Of a stretch of DNA of 64,000 nucleotides, positions 1 to 9,058 are shown piece by piece (within the stretch, counting starts at the first letter, position 1; every line of letters starts with the position of its first letter). The position numbers and the translations under genes are program-made. This stretch comes from a virus (Duplodnaviria; Caudoviricetes), in IMG/VR virus record IMGVR_UViG_3300042731_002921, positions 20,388 through 84,387 of that record; one strand, given 5' to 3'. Under the pieces are notes generated by a model. That model ran no database searches. It had not been told where the DNA came from and saw nothing but the letters and a program-made list of their open reading frames with translations.

Positions 1-1107
1 TATGAAAAGTCAATTAAAGGAAAAGAGGCTACAGAAGAATGCGCTATGGCTCTTTCTGACTATTACATTAAAATTCTAAAACATTCAGAAGACATGAATG
101 ATATTCATCATTATGTTAAGAATGGTAGACAAAAAGAATTATATGAAAAAGCTATTTTCCAATGTATTGAATATAAGCCGAGTACAATAGTTTCATTATA
201 TGATGTATTTGAGCCTGGCGAGTTGAAAAAACCTATAGAAAAAGGTGTACATTTACCATCATATCCGAAACTCATGGAATTACTTTTAGGTGATAGACAG
301 GGTGAACTTACTCTAATTCTTGCACCAAGTGGTGTAGGAAAGACTCTAATTACTGCTGATATGTTGTATGAGTATATGATTGTCAAAGGTTTTTGTGGTG
401 GTGTGTTTTTAGAAGAAGATTTAAAGAAAACTTTCCAAAGATTTATAGCGAGAAAGATGCAAATGAGTCTAAGGAATTTTAGATTAGGTTTATATCCTGT
501 AGATGATGAGAAATATTTTGAAGCTGAAAAATGGTTAGCAGATCCTTCTAATTTTTTAGCTGTTAAAAATGATGGAAAAATAAAAATATCCGAACTTGAG
601 AACTCAATCAAACTCTTTAAAAGGAGATATAATAGAAAGAAAGTCGTAGTTGACCATCTTATGTTAACACAATCAGATAATGAAAAAAAGAGTGATCTAA
701 AACAATTAGATGATACTATGGAGAGAATAGCTGGTTTATGTAAACATGAATTGATGTCAGTAAATTTAATTGCTCATATTAATAGAGGCGTTGCTTCAGA
801 CAGAAAAAGAGATGTTACTGAGCCTACATGGGTAAGAACTTTTAAGGAAGATGCTAGGGGATCAAGTGCTATAGAATGTTTAAGTTATAATGTTATTTGT
901 ATAGATATAGAGATACTTCCATCTGGAAAGAGAGGACGAGTGCGATTAAGACTTGATAAGAACAGAGAGGGTGGCGATACAGGGATTGCAGATGTTCTTA
1001 GCATGGATACAAAAACAGGTTTAATGGTGAATGCAGAAGATTGGGTATATGATAAAGAGAAAGGTATTATGGTTCCGCCTGATAAAATTCAGAATAATGG
1101 GTATTAG
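1..1107 (+). CDS. DnaB-like SF4 helicase (C-terminal part of a primase-helicase), 5'-truncated by window edge
   Basis: Walker A APSGVGKT, VVVDHL Walker B, LIAHINR, RGSSAIE and DKNREGG motifs. Frame is open from base 1 (YEKSIKGKEATEECA...). Confidence 0.9.
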   Translation, partial: YEKSIKGKEATEECAMALSDYYIKILKHSEDMNDIHHYVKNGRQKELYEKAIFQCIEYKPSTIVSLYDVFEPGELKKPIEKGVHLPSYPKLMELLLGDRQGELTLILAPSGVGKTLITADMLYEYMIVKGFCGGVFLEEDLKKTFQRFIARKMQMSLRNFRLGLYPVDDEKYFEAEKWLADPSNFLAVKNDGKIKISELENSIKLFKRRYNRKKVVVDHLMLTQSDNEKKSDLKQLDDTMERIAGLCKHELMSVNLIAHINRGVASDRKRDVTEPTWVRTFKEDARGSSAIECLSYNVICIDIEILPSGKRGRVRLRLDKNREGGDTGIADVLSMDTKTGLMVNAEDWVYDKEKGIMVPPDKIQNNGY

Positions 1108-1110
1108 TTC

Positions 1111-1139
1111 TTGATTATCACAATTAAATATTATATATT
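1111..1139 (+). promoter_or_regulatory. sigma70-type promoter
   Basis: TTGATT-N17-TATATT upstream of the 1167 ORF. Confidence 0.5.
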
Positions 1140-1166
1140 AAATTTTAACTTAACAAAGGCTGAAAC

Positions 1167-1364
1167 ATGAAGAGATGGAGTAAAAAGCTGAAAATATTAA
1201 TAGAAGATAAAGAGGTTGATAAATTTTTAGAAGATATTACTAATGTATGTAAAAAATATAATTTTAGTATTTCTCATGAGGACTTACATGGAAGTTTTAT
1301 CATCTGTGAATATCACGAAGATAATACTAATTGGTTAATGAATGCGGATGTCTATGAAAAATAA
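1167..1364 (+). CDS. hypothetical protein
   Basis: ORF track; AAGG RBS. Confidence 0.6.
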   Translation: MKRWSKKLKILIEDKEVDKFLEDITNVCKKYNFSISHEDLHGSFIICEYHEDNTNWLMNADVYEK

Positions 1365-1636
1365 ACTAAAAACAAAAATAATCAGGTGGCATGATGCAAG
1401 ACACATGGATTATGTTTATATAGAAATGTGTAGCTTGTATTAAAATACAAAATAATGAAATTCAACAGATAGAATTTTATGATTTATTTATTTTAATGGT
1501 TGACACTGATGATGAACTTATGTTAAAAGAACAAGAAGAATACGGATTCAATCCACATAAACTAATAAGTGAGGAGGAATTGGAATTTAAGTCCTGCAAT
1601 GACGCAGAAATTTTAATTTGGGTTTGTTTGCAATAG
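1354..1636 (+). pseudogene. frameshifted small gene
   Basis: MKNKLKTKIIRWHDARHMDYVYIE continues as CVACIKIQNNEIQQ...WVCLQ* if one A of GAAA (1424-1426) is removed. Confidence 0.5.
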
Positions 1637-1645
1637 GAGTATAGA

Positions 1646-1879
1646 ATGAATAAAGAAGTTATTAAGATTGATCATTACGATGAAGAACAAAATGCGTACA
1701 AAGCAACTACTGATAGGTATGTTTTGAATGGTGTAATTATTCTTGAAGTTAGAAATAATAATACAATGTCTGTAACTGGTGAATATTTAAAATTAGATTA
1801 TATTGATTATAAAGTTGTTAAAGTTGTTCATGACCCAATTAATTTAATTACTGAATATACCATTGGTAATGATAACTAA
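1646..1879 (+). CDS. hypothetical protein
   Basis: ORF with AGGAG RBS. Confidence 0.7.
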   Translation: MNKEVIKIDHYDEEQNAYKATTDRYVLNGVIILEVRNNNTMSVTGEYLKLDYIDYKVVKVVHDPINLITEYTIGNDN

Positions 1880-1943
1880 ACAAGGGGAATTATTATAATT
1901 CAATTTGTGTTTTAACGGGTGTTTATTTACAATAGGAGAGGAT

Positions 1944-2162
1944 ATGAAAAGATTTGCAGTTGGTTATATGAATTTCTTTGATAATGATTTGATTGTTGAT
2001 GTTGTAGAGGCTGTTGATTGGTTTGAAGCTATTAAAAAACATAGATCACTACTACAAGAAGCTAATGAATGGTTCTCTGAAATTGAGTCTTTAAAACTTG
2101 AGGATGTAAAAGACAAATTCTTTAATAACGAAGAATTAATTGATGTAAAAGAGATAATATAA
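1944..2162 (+). CDS. hypothetical protein
   Basis: Start reassigned to ATG 1944 after AGGAGAGG. Confidence 0.7.
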   Translation: MKRFAVGYMNFFDNDLIVDVVEAVDWFEAIKKHRSLLQEANEWFSEIESLKLEDVKDKFFNNEELIDVKEII

Positions 2163-2171
2163 GGAGAAAGC

Positions 2172-2441
2172 ATGGATATCAAAGAGATAATGAAAATTAA
2201 TGTTGATACGCTTAGACAAACACAATACGAAGCTCTTAAAAACCATGTTATTGATATACTTGATAAAATTAAATTCTTAATTAAAGATGATGACTTTAAT
2301 ACAATAGAGAAATTTTTAGAGTATTCACCAGCATGTGATGGTTATGTGGAAGATAATAATTTTATTGACTTTAGTTATAATGATGAGTATCCTTTGGGTA
2401 TTAAAGAAGTCATAGAAGAATTAAAATCATTTTATAAGTAG
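2172..2441 (+). CDS. hypothetical protein
   Basis: ORF with AAGGAG RBS. Confidence 0.7.
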   Translation: MDIKEIMKINVDTLRQTQYEALKNHVIDILDKIKFLIKDDDFNTIEKFLEYSPACDGYVEDNNFIDFSYNDEYPLGIKEVIEELKSFYK

Positions 2442-2449
2442 GAGAATAT

Positions 2450-2551
2450 ATGAAAAGATTTGCTGTAGGCTATATGAACAGAGGACAGAATACTATAATA
2501 TATAAAGATTGTATTAAGAAAATTTGTACAACAATGAATGAAGATAATTAA
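2450..2551 (+). pseudogene. truncated paralog of the 1944 gene
   Basis: Same first 10 aa MKRFAVGYMN with synonymous differences, then diverges and stops at 33 aa. Confidence 0.5.
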
Positions 2552-2567
2552 AACAAGGAGAATTATT

Positions 2568-3251
2568 ATGAGTGAATTTACTATTAATGAAGACAGAACA
2601 AAAGGGATGATCAAGGACGTTGTTTTTGGATATGTAAAACTACAAGGAGGTGCTTTCAAATATCAGTCAACAACAGAGAGAGAATGGGCAGTTGATTGTA
2701 TTGTTGATAAAAATACTGCAAAGTCATATAAAAAAGTATTCCCAAAAAATGTGTATAAAGAGATTGATACCGATGAATTTGAAGATAAATATAGAATTAA
2801 ACCACCTTTTCTTGATCAAGATGAACAATTCATTCTTAAGGTAAAAGCTAATGCTAACCTTAGAACTGATATACCAAAAGCTGGCCTTAGAGAAGGTGAT
2901 GAAATCCCATATGGATGGAATACAAGACCAAAAGCTTTTGTACCTGTTGAAGGTGGTATCCAAGATATTACCATGGAAAAGCTTATTGCTAATGGTAGTA
3001 AAGGTGATGTTTCAATTAAGATTATTGAGAATTCATATGGTATTTTTCCACAACTTACTGGTATTCTTGTTACTGAGCTTATTGAATATGAACAAAATGT
3101 TAATGATTCTGATTTCGGTGAGGTTATTGGCGGTTTGAATCCAGGTAATGGTAATATCAAGCAAGTTGCTACTGAGAATGAAGAAGTGGCTTCAAATCCT
3201 GGTATTAATGATTCACCAACGAATGATTACGGAGATGGGATACCATTTTAG
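2568..3251 (+). CDS. ssb: phage single-stranded DNA-binding protein
   Basis: OB-fold-like core (FGYVKLQ...EWAVDCIVDK...LIANGSKG), acidic tail ending DYGDGIPF, near helicase; AAGGAG RBS before ATG 2568. Confidence 0.75.
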   Translation: MSEFTINEDRTKGMIKDVVFGYVKLQGGAFKYQSTTEREWAVDCIVDKNTAKSYKKVFPKNVYKEIDTDEFEDKYRIKPPFLDQDEQFILKVKANANLRTDIPKAGLREGDEIPYGWNTRPKAFVPVEGGIQDITMEKLIANGSKGDVSIKIIENSYGIFPQLTGILVTELIEYEQNVNDSDFGEVIGGLNPGNGNIKQVATENEEVASNPGINDSPTNDYGDGIPF

Positions 3252-3323
3252 TAACTACTTGAAATAATTATTAACAAAGCGCACCTCTGAGTCTTAGATT
3301 CAAGTGCGCTAAAAGGAGACACA

Positions 3324-3581
3324 TTGCTAAAGACAACAATGGCAATCAAAACAATTAATGAGGCTATTAGTACTTGGGATAAACAAAGAATTAGATTTGA
3401 GAATGCTATTATTGTTCTTCAAGAGAAGATCAAAAGTAATGAAGAGCTAATTGAGAAGAAAAGAGAGAAAGTTGAGGATGAGATCAAGGGTATTGAGGAT
3501 AGTAATATTACTTTAGCTGATTACATTACAAAAGCTGATAATTTTAAATCTAATATTGATAAGATGTTTAAAAAGGATTAG
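3324..3581 (+). CDS. coiled-coil hypothetical protein
   Basis: TTG start after AAGGAG; heptad-like sequence. Confidence 0.6.
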   Translation: MLKTTMAIKTINEAISTWDKQRIRFENAIIVLQEKIKSNEELIEKKREKVEDEIKGIEDSNITLADYITKADNFKSNIDKMFKKD

Positions 3582-3582
3582 C

Positions 3583-3927
3583 ATGGGCAGGATAAAAAAC
3601 GGATTAAAAATTGGTGGTATTGGTATTGGTGGGTTTGCAATCTTGCTTTCCGTGATCTTTGGTTGTGGATTATTCAGTTTTGGGTACTATAAATTCTTTG
3701 CTCCTAAGTATGCAAATGTTGAAAGAGAGGTGTTTGAAAATACTAAATCTTTTAATCACGGGAAAGTACAAGATCTTGTAAAGTATTATGAAGAGTACAC
3801 AAAAGCAAGCATTGATGAAAAAGAAAGCATCAGGCAACTAATTTTAATGAATTTTGCTAATTTTGATTCAAATAAGATTACAAATTCAGCACTGAAATCA
3901 TTTCTAATCTCTCAGAGAGGATACTAA
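3583..3927 (+). CDS. membrane-anchored phage protein
   Basis: N-terminal hydrophobic helix, then FAPKYANVEREVFENTKSF motif. Confidence 0.7.
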   Translation: MGRIKNGLKIGGIGIGGFAILLSVIFGCGLFSFGYYKFFAPKYANVEREVFENTKSFNHGKVQDLVKYYEEYTKASIDEKESIRQLILMNFANFDSNKITNSALKSFLISQRGY

Positions 3928-3937
3928 GGAGTTTACT

Positions 3938-4477
3938 ATGAAAAAAATTATAACAATTACTTTGGTTAGTCTGATAATGTACTCTACAGCTTATGCATGG
4001 GGTACTAAGAAAGAAAGCTCTGATCTACAGCAATCAAGACAAACAAGAACGCTTCTAAATGAAGCTAATAGGCAAGTTGGACTCCCTAATATTCATAATT
4101 TTCAGGAAAGAAAACTTATGAAACTCATCTTTGAATTAAGAGATAAGGAGAATGTAATTACATATGCGTATTTGAAATCTGATTATACAGGGAAACTTGT
4201 TTTTATTGGTAAGTGCATTGGTTATGGGATTCCAGTCTCTGCACAGTTTACTAACCCTCAGAGGGTGGTTGATTTTGAAGAAGAGGGTGGTGTGAAGCCA
4301 AAATATCAAGATACAGGTGAAGTACAGGTTATCCCACAAGCTGATCCAAATGGTCTTTTCATGCCAACAAGTTCAAGTGCTACATGGCTTATGATGATTA
4401 ATCCTAAAACTAATAAACCAAGACCTGTTTACATTGAACCTGAAATTATCGTGAGTCCTTTTGAATTAGTTTATTAG
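3938..4477 (+). CDS. exported/lipoprotein-like conserved phage protein
   Basis: Signal peptide; GKCIGYGIP, QADPNGLF, SATW and VYIEPEIIVSPFEL motifs. Confidence 0.7.
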   Translation: MKKIITITLVSLIMYSTAYAWGTKKESSDLQQSRQTRTLLNEANRQVGLPNIHNFQERKLMKLIFELRDKENVITYAYLKSDYTGKLVFIGKCIGYGIPVSAQFTNPQRVVDFEEEGGVKPKYQDTGEVQVIPQADPNGLFMPTSSSATWLMMINPKTNKPRPVYIEPEIIVSPFELVY

Positions 4478-4491
4478 AATACAAAAAATCA

Positions 4492-4544
4492 TTGACAGTA
4501 AGACAAACCTCCTGTATAGTTACTCTAAATTATACAGGAGGTTT
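4492..4544 (+). promoter_or_regulatory. sigma70 promoter embedded in a 14-bp inverted repeat that also covers the RBS
   Basis: TTGACA(4492)-N17-TATAGT(4515). Arms AAACCTCCTGTATA 4505-4518 and TATACAGGAGGTTT 4531-4544; AGGAGG 4536-4541. Confidence 0.8.
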
Positions 4545-4549
4545 TTATT

Positions 4550-4948
4550 ATGAAAATACAGTGTCCGATATGCGGTAAATCAGTTAAAGAAGAAGGTTTA
4601 GAAGAACACCAAGCTAATAGCAAAAGATGTTGGAGAGCTAAATATGCTCCACTATTAGATTTACCAGGATCTACAATGGAAATTATTTGTTTATGTGGAT
4701 GTGGTAGAAAGAAAACAATTAGAAAAGCTGATTTCAAAAGAGGATGGGGTATGTTCTTCTCAAAGTCTTGTAAAGCTAAATACCAAGAAAGATGCACTGG
4801 ACAATATAGAGCTTATTCTAATGGTAATGGTGTATCTCATGCTGCCAAGCGTAGAGGAGAAAATTGTAGTGGTTTATCAAATCAAAAATTTGATAAGATA
4901 TTTGAAGATATAGATCCAGGTTGGGACGCTCATAAGGATTGCTTTTGA
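4550..4948 (+). CDS. zinc-finger protein
   Basis: CPICGK...H C2H2-like N-terminus; CLCGCG...RGWGMFFSKSCKA motif. Confidence 0.7.
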   Translation: MKIQCPICGKSVKEEGLEEHQANSKRCWRAKYAPLLDLPGSTMEIICLCGCGRKKTIRKADFKRGWGMFFSKSCKAKYQERCTGQYRAYSNGNGVSHAAKRRGENCSGLSNQKFDKIFEDIDPGWDAHKDCF

Positions 4949-4949
4949 T

Positions 4950-5159
4950 ATGAGAGATTTTTATAATTTAGAATGTTGTACTAAAAAAGAAAGTTATAAA
5001 CGGAGAACATTTAGTAAGAAATTACTCAGAGAGAACAATATAAAATTCTCTGAGATATCTACGGGTTTTGGTTTTAGAAATGATAAAGAATTTTGTGAAA
5101 AATATAAAGATAAATTAAAATTTAGATTATATAACAACAAAAAAAAAAATAATTTTTAA
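4950..5159 (+). CDS. hypothetical protein
   Basis: ORF track; A11 tract near 3' end. Confidence 0.5.
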   Translation: MRDFYNLECCTKKESYKRRTFSKKLLRENNIKFSEISTGFGFRNDKEFCEKYKDKLKFRLYNNKKKNNF

Positions 5160-5171
5160 TTAGGAGTTATT

Positions 5172-5696
5172 ATGAACATATTTCTAACACATAAAGACAT
5201 GAGTATAGTTGCACAACATCACGACGATAAACGTCTGAATAAGATGATTATAGAAGCAGCACAGATAGCTTCTACTGCTCTTTGGATTAATAATTGTGAT
5301 ATCGCAGAAACTATGTACGCAGAAGGTAAAATCTATCTCCCTACGCATGAGAATCATCCTATTGTTAAATGGTGCTCTTTAGGTTATATGAATTATTGTA
5401 GAACTACAGCGTATGGGTTAGCTTTATGTTCCGAATATTATTATAGATTTAATAAAAGACACAACACTTTTACGAAGTTATTATCCCTTGTTAAATTACC
5501 AATATGGGAATATCCATCACAGAGGTTAAATATACAGCAACCCAACTGCACCACTAATCACAAACACATAGAAAATGTCTATGAAGCATATAGACAAGAA
5601 TTATGTCTTAAATGGAGTACTCTTGATAAACATGAACCCAAGTGGACTAAAAGGGATGTTCCTGTGTTTTATAAAGAATATTTAAAAAGGAGATAG
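5172..5696 (+). CDS. pyrimidine-dimer DNA glycosylase / endonuclease V-like protein
   Basis: MNIF...DKRLNKMIIEAAQIASTA...YLPTHENHPIVKW...EYYYRFNKRH signature. Confidence 0.8.
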   Translation: MNIFLTHKDMSIVAQHHDDKRLNKMIIEAAQIASTALWINNCDIAETMYAEGKIYLPTHENHPIVKWCSLGYMNYCRTTAYGLALCSEYYYRFNKRHNTFTKLLSLVKLPIWEYPSQRLNIQQPNCTTNHKHIENVYEAYRQELCLKWSTLDKHEPKWTKRDVPVFYKEYLKRR

Positions 5697-5697
5697 T

Positions 5698-6000
5698 ATG
5701 AAAACATATACAAGAGTAATAGTAGAAGAGAATGAAGATATTCCAGAATCAGAAGTCTTCAAGATGTTTGTAAAAGAGATCAATCACTGGCATCAGACTA
5801 ATGAAATTGATTTTATGATTACTTCGGATACACCAGGATACATTACAAGATTCTCGTCAATGAACACAGGGGATATAGGCCATAACAATCTACAGGTTAT
5901 TAGAGATGCTGCATGTCTTGAAGTTAATGAGTTTTGGGATAAGTACGAAGATAAATTAAAAGGTAAATGGCACAACAATAAACGTATTATTTTATATTAA
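5698..6000 (+). CDS. hypothetical protein
   Basis: ORF with AGGAG RBS. Confidence 0.65.
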   Translation: MKTYTRVIVEENEDIPESEVFKMFVKEINHWHQTNEIDFMITSDTPGYITRFSSMNTGDIGHNNLQVIRDAACLEVNEFWDKYEDKLKGKWHNNKRIILY

Positions 6001-6068
6001 TTAACTCTTGTTTTTATGTTAAAATTATGGTACTTCTTATTTAGAAATTAAGATTAAAAGGAGATAAT

Positions 6069-6233
6069 ATGAAAAAGAAACCAGAGAAAACAGATTTAGA
6101 AATTTGCAGAGATAAAATCAAAAGTATCTTAATTGAGTATAATTGTAGACTTACGACTAATGACTGGCATTATGTTTTATTAGAAGATCAAGATACTTAT
6201 GAAACTATTGGTGATATAGATCCTGGGAGGTGA
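6069..6233 (+). CDS. small hypothetical protein (54 aa)
   Basis: AAGGAG RBS; below the ORF-track cutoff. Confidence 0.55.
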   Translation: MKKKPEKTDLEICRDKIKSILIEYNCRLTTNDWHYVLLEDQDTYETIGDIDPGR

Positions 6234-6234
6234 T

Positions 6235-6570
6235 ATGAAAGTTGACTGGTTAAAATACGATGATAAATAACACGTTATAGCTTGGTTCCTTCTTGAAGCA
6301 ATGACAGAGGTAGGTATTGAGAAATTCGGTGAATTTGATAGTTCTGCTCTTGAAGTAAAGTTCACAGTTAATGATATTAAAATACCTTTTATTAAAGTAT
6401 TTGAATTTTTAGACGATCATGTAAATGATAAAGAAGGTAGACTGTTTGAAGAAGGTAGATTAAAAGCTAAACGTGAAATTTGTGATGAAATTGAGCAGCT
6501 TCAAGAGTCTGTTGCATCTTTAAGCAATCTTCTTAAAAACATTAACGTTTATGAATTAAGGAATGAATAA
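6235..6570 (+). pseudogene. hypothetical gene with premature TAA
   Basis: GGAGGTG RBS, then MKVDWLKYDDK*HVIAWFLLEAMTEV in one frame; TAA at 6268-6270. Confidence 0.6.
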
Positions 6571-6958
6571 AATGGAAAATCAAGCGGTTAATTTAAATAA
6601 ATGTAAATCAGGGAATAACATAAAAACATTTGAACAAGTTTATGATGAGATTGAAAAATGTGTAAAAAATCTTGAGGTAGAATATGAAGTTGAAGAAGAT
6701 GGGATAGGTACATATGAGTTCTGGGGAAGCCGTGAGGTGGACTATGGATCTAAATGGATAGAACCAAAAGAATCAGTAATAACGGTTATTGGTGTTGATA
6801 TTAAAACAGCCAATGAGGTTATTAAGTACTCAGATGATAATTATTTTGTGAAATATATAGCAGAGGACAGATTCATTGGAGAAGTGGTTAGTTGTGTTTT
6901 CACTGACACTACTACTGTTGATTTTTATATCCACTGGGAGGAGAGGAGTGAATTCTAA
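6563..6958 (+). CDS. hypothetical protein
   Basis: ORF track. Confidence 0.65.
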   Translation: MNKMENQAVNLNKCKSGNNIKTFEQVYDEIEKCVKNLEVEYEVEEDGIGTYEFWGSREVDYGSKWIEPKESVITVIGVDIKTANEVIKYSDDNYFVKYIAEDRFIGEVVSCVFTDTTTVDFYIHWEERSEF

Positions 6959-7181
6959 AGAAATAACAGTTCTTTTGCCTATAAATGTTCCTAACTCTGA
7001 ATGGTGTATAAATATAAACTTTCATAGCTGGTGCCAATACTATGAAGATGGTTGCTGTAAATTAGGTTTTACCCCAGAAGCAGACGGTTATAATTATAGA
7101 AAACCAAACGCCTGTAAGAAATTAATATGGCAAGAAAACATAATAGAACACAAAATTCTTGACAAAAATATTCTTGTATAG
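6948..7181 (+). CDS. Cys-rich hypothetical protein
   Basis: GTG start after GGAGAGGA. Confidence 0.55.
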   Translation: MNSKEITVLLPINVPNSEWCININFHSWCQYYEDGCCKLGFTPEADGYNYRKPNACKKLIWQENIIEHKILDKNILV

Positions 7182-7201
7182 TAACTAAAAAGGAGATAAA
7201 T

Positions 7202-7783
7202 ATGGAATATAAAACAAATAAGATTTACAGAGTTAAGTGTAAAGTAAGTTATACTTTTAATGTGAAAGCTGATGATATATTAGAGTGCATGTACAAAGAG
7301 TTTAAAGATAGCAAAGAGTTCTGTTGGCATACTAATCAACGCAATGATAATTTTGGTTATGCATGGACAAATGAGGGGTTTAAGTATCATTTCACAGAAC
7401 CACAAGAAGTTAAAAGCAATGTAAATAGTGATTATTCATTTAAAACAGATAAGATGAATTTGAATCTTCTTTGTGCGGATATTTTAGAAGATGGTGTACC
7501 TTGCGCTTACATTGAGCAAGGTGATAATGCTTACTTTGTTGGTGTTAGTAATCCAGCAATTAAATGGTGGGATACTTTTATCGATAAAGGATTGTATATC
7601 ACTTATGCAGATATTGTTTCTGCATACCAAGTTATTGAAGTGGAAAAATTGGAAGAATCGAAAAATCTTGCGCAGGAACTTTCTAAAAGATACAAGAAAT
7701 GGCATAAGAATCTCAGAAGAAAGACTTGTAGGAGATCAAGAACCCTGAAGAAAACTAAAACTTTTAATGTTTGGGCTTATTAG
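7202..7783 (+). CDS. hypothetical protein
   Basis: AAGGAG RBS. Confidence 0.65.
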   Translation: MEYKTNKIYRVKCKVSYTFNVKADDILECMYKEFKDSKEFCWHTNQRNDNFGYAWTNEGFKYHFTEPQEVKSNVNSDYSFKTDKMNLNLLCADILEDGVPCAYIEQGDNAYFVGVSNPAIKWWDTFIDKGLYITYADIVSAYQVIEVEKLEESKNLAQELSKRYKKWHKNLRRKTCRRSRTLKKTKTFNVWAY

Positions 7784-7792
7784 GAGAAGTAA

Positions 7793-8038
7793 ATGATAAA
7801 GAAAGAAATAGGTATTGTACTTTGTTACTGCTTTGCGGTATGTTGTGTGTTTTCTACTGCTTTTATAATGTATAAGCATACGCAGACTATTAAGATACAT
7901 AATGAATGTATTGAACAACTTACGCAACAGGTAATGGAATTAGAGGAATTCAAAAAGAATCAAGGGGTTGTAAATAATAATACATTGCTCGTCTTTAAAA
8001 GAGTTGTTGAGACAATAGGAGCTATTAATAGGAGATAG
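7793..8038 (+). CDS. single-TM coiled-coil protein
   Basis: Hydrophobic N-terminal helix plus coiled coil. Confidence 0.55.
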   Translation: MIKKEIGIVLCYCFAVCCVFSTAFIMYKHTQTIKIHNECIEQLTQQVMELEEFKKNQGVVNNNTLLVFKRVVETIGAINRR

Positions 8039-8040
8039 GT

Positions 8041-8397
8041 ATGCTAAAATTACAAGATTTCAGAGATGTAGGTTATTCAGTAACTAAATGTGCTATTACA
8101 GCAAGAATGGAAGCAGATACATACAAATGGTTGATACAAAAACCAGTTTATGGAGAATCTGATAAAAAATATTTCATTAATGTATTTGTCTGTGATATTA
8201 GACTTTGGGATATTTATGATAAAGATAGAATGAATTATATGCCAAGTAGAACTTTAACTATTAAACAATGCTATCAAAAAGATGATTTAACTTTCTGGAT
8301 TGATATTTGTAAAAATAAAGAATTTCAAAGTATAGAAGAGATTGAACTTATTTGTGAGGAATTCTTCCAGAATATGTGCTGTAATTATTATGATTAA
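8041..8397 (+). CDS. hypothetical protein
   Basis: ORF track. Confidence 0.65.
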   Translation: MLKLQDFRDVGYSVTKCAITARMEADTYKWLIQKPVYGESDKKYFINVFVCDIRLWDIYDKDRMNYMPSRTLTIKQCYQKDDLTFWIDICKNKEFQSIEEIELICEEFFQNMCCNYYD

Positions 8398-8422
8398 ATC
8401 ATTAAAATTGGCTTAAAAATCA

Positions 8423-8455
8423 AGGTATATGATTAGTTAATACTATCATATACCT
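8423..8455. repeat. 11-bp perfect inverted repeat
   Basis: AGGTATATGAT 8423-8433 / ATCATATACCT 8445-8455. Confidence 0.85.
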
Positions 8456-8502
8456 CTTCACTTAAATCGCGAAATTTGATATAAAATGAATGGAGCAGCA
8501 TC

Positions 8503-8597
8503 TTATTTTTATTCTTATTTTCTGTAGAGTGTACAGCCTTTTATTTTTATTCTTATTTTCTGTAGAGTGTACAGCCTTTTATTTTTATTCTTATTTT
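8503..8597 (+). repeat. 38-bp tandem repeat, 2.5 copies
   Basis: TTATTTTTATTCTTATTTTCTGTAGAGTGTACAGCCTT at 8503 and 8541, partial at 8579. Confidence 0.9.
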
Positions 8598-8756
8598 TTG
8601 ATATGGAGCATCTTATTTTTTGTCTTATTTTCTGTAGCGCATAACTGGATTTATTATGCAGAATTTTTTATAAATTAATAATTGCTTATTTAAATAAATT
8701 ATTATTTGCTAATCTAAAAACTTCAAACAGAATAAAAAACTGATTCCACATACTCC

Positions 8757-8772
8757 AGGCACGTTCCTTGCA
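8757..8772 (+). promoter_or_regulatory. sigma54-type -24/-12 box
   Basis: AGGCACGTTCCTTGCA (GG-N10-GC). Confidence 0.6.
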
Positions 8773-8999
8773 ATCCTTATTATAAGCAAAAACCACTTCC
8801 ATAGCCACAGTCAATCCCTGACCGTTAACGGACATTCATTAAATACCACCTAATAACCCACTAAGCAAATTAAAAATATAGATAAGAGCTTGAAATAATT
8901 GACAAATTTTTAAATTTTTTCATATGCCTGGTATTTAGTTGTTGGATTATCTAATAAAATCAGCTATATAAAATAATATGAAAAATACTAAAAAATCAT

Positions 9000-9028
9000 T
9001 TGACATACTGATTTCAGAAGTGTATAAA
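9000..9028 (+). promoter_or_regulatory. strong sigma70 early promoter
   Basis: TTGACA-N17-TATAAA with A-rich UP region. Confidence 0.8.
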
Positions 9029-9058
9029 TAACCAGAATTAACAAAGGAGGAGTAAAAA

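Noticed and set aside
3278-3310. GC-rich hairpin AGCGCAC/GTGCGCT after ssb
   Set aside because: A 7-bp stem with no U tract that does not cover the RBS; probably an RNA-stabilising or processing stem, too little to call
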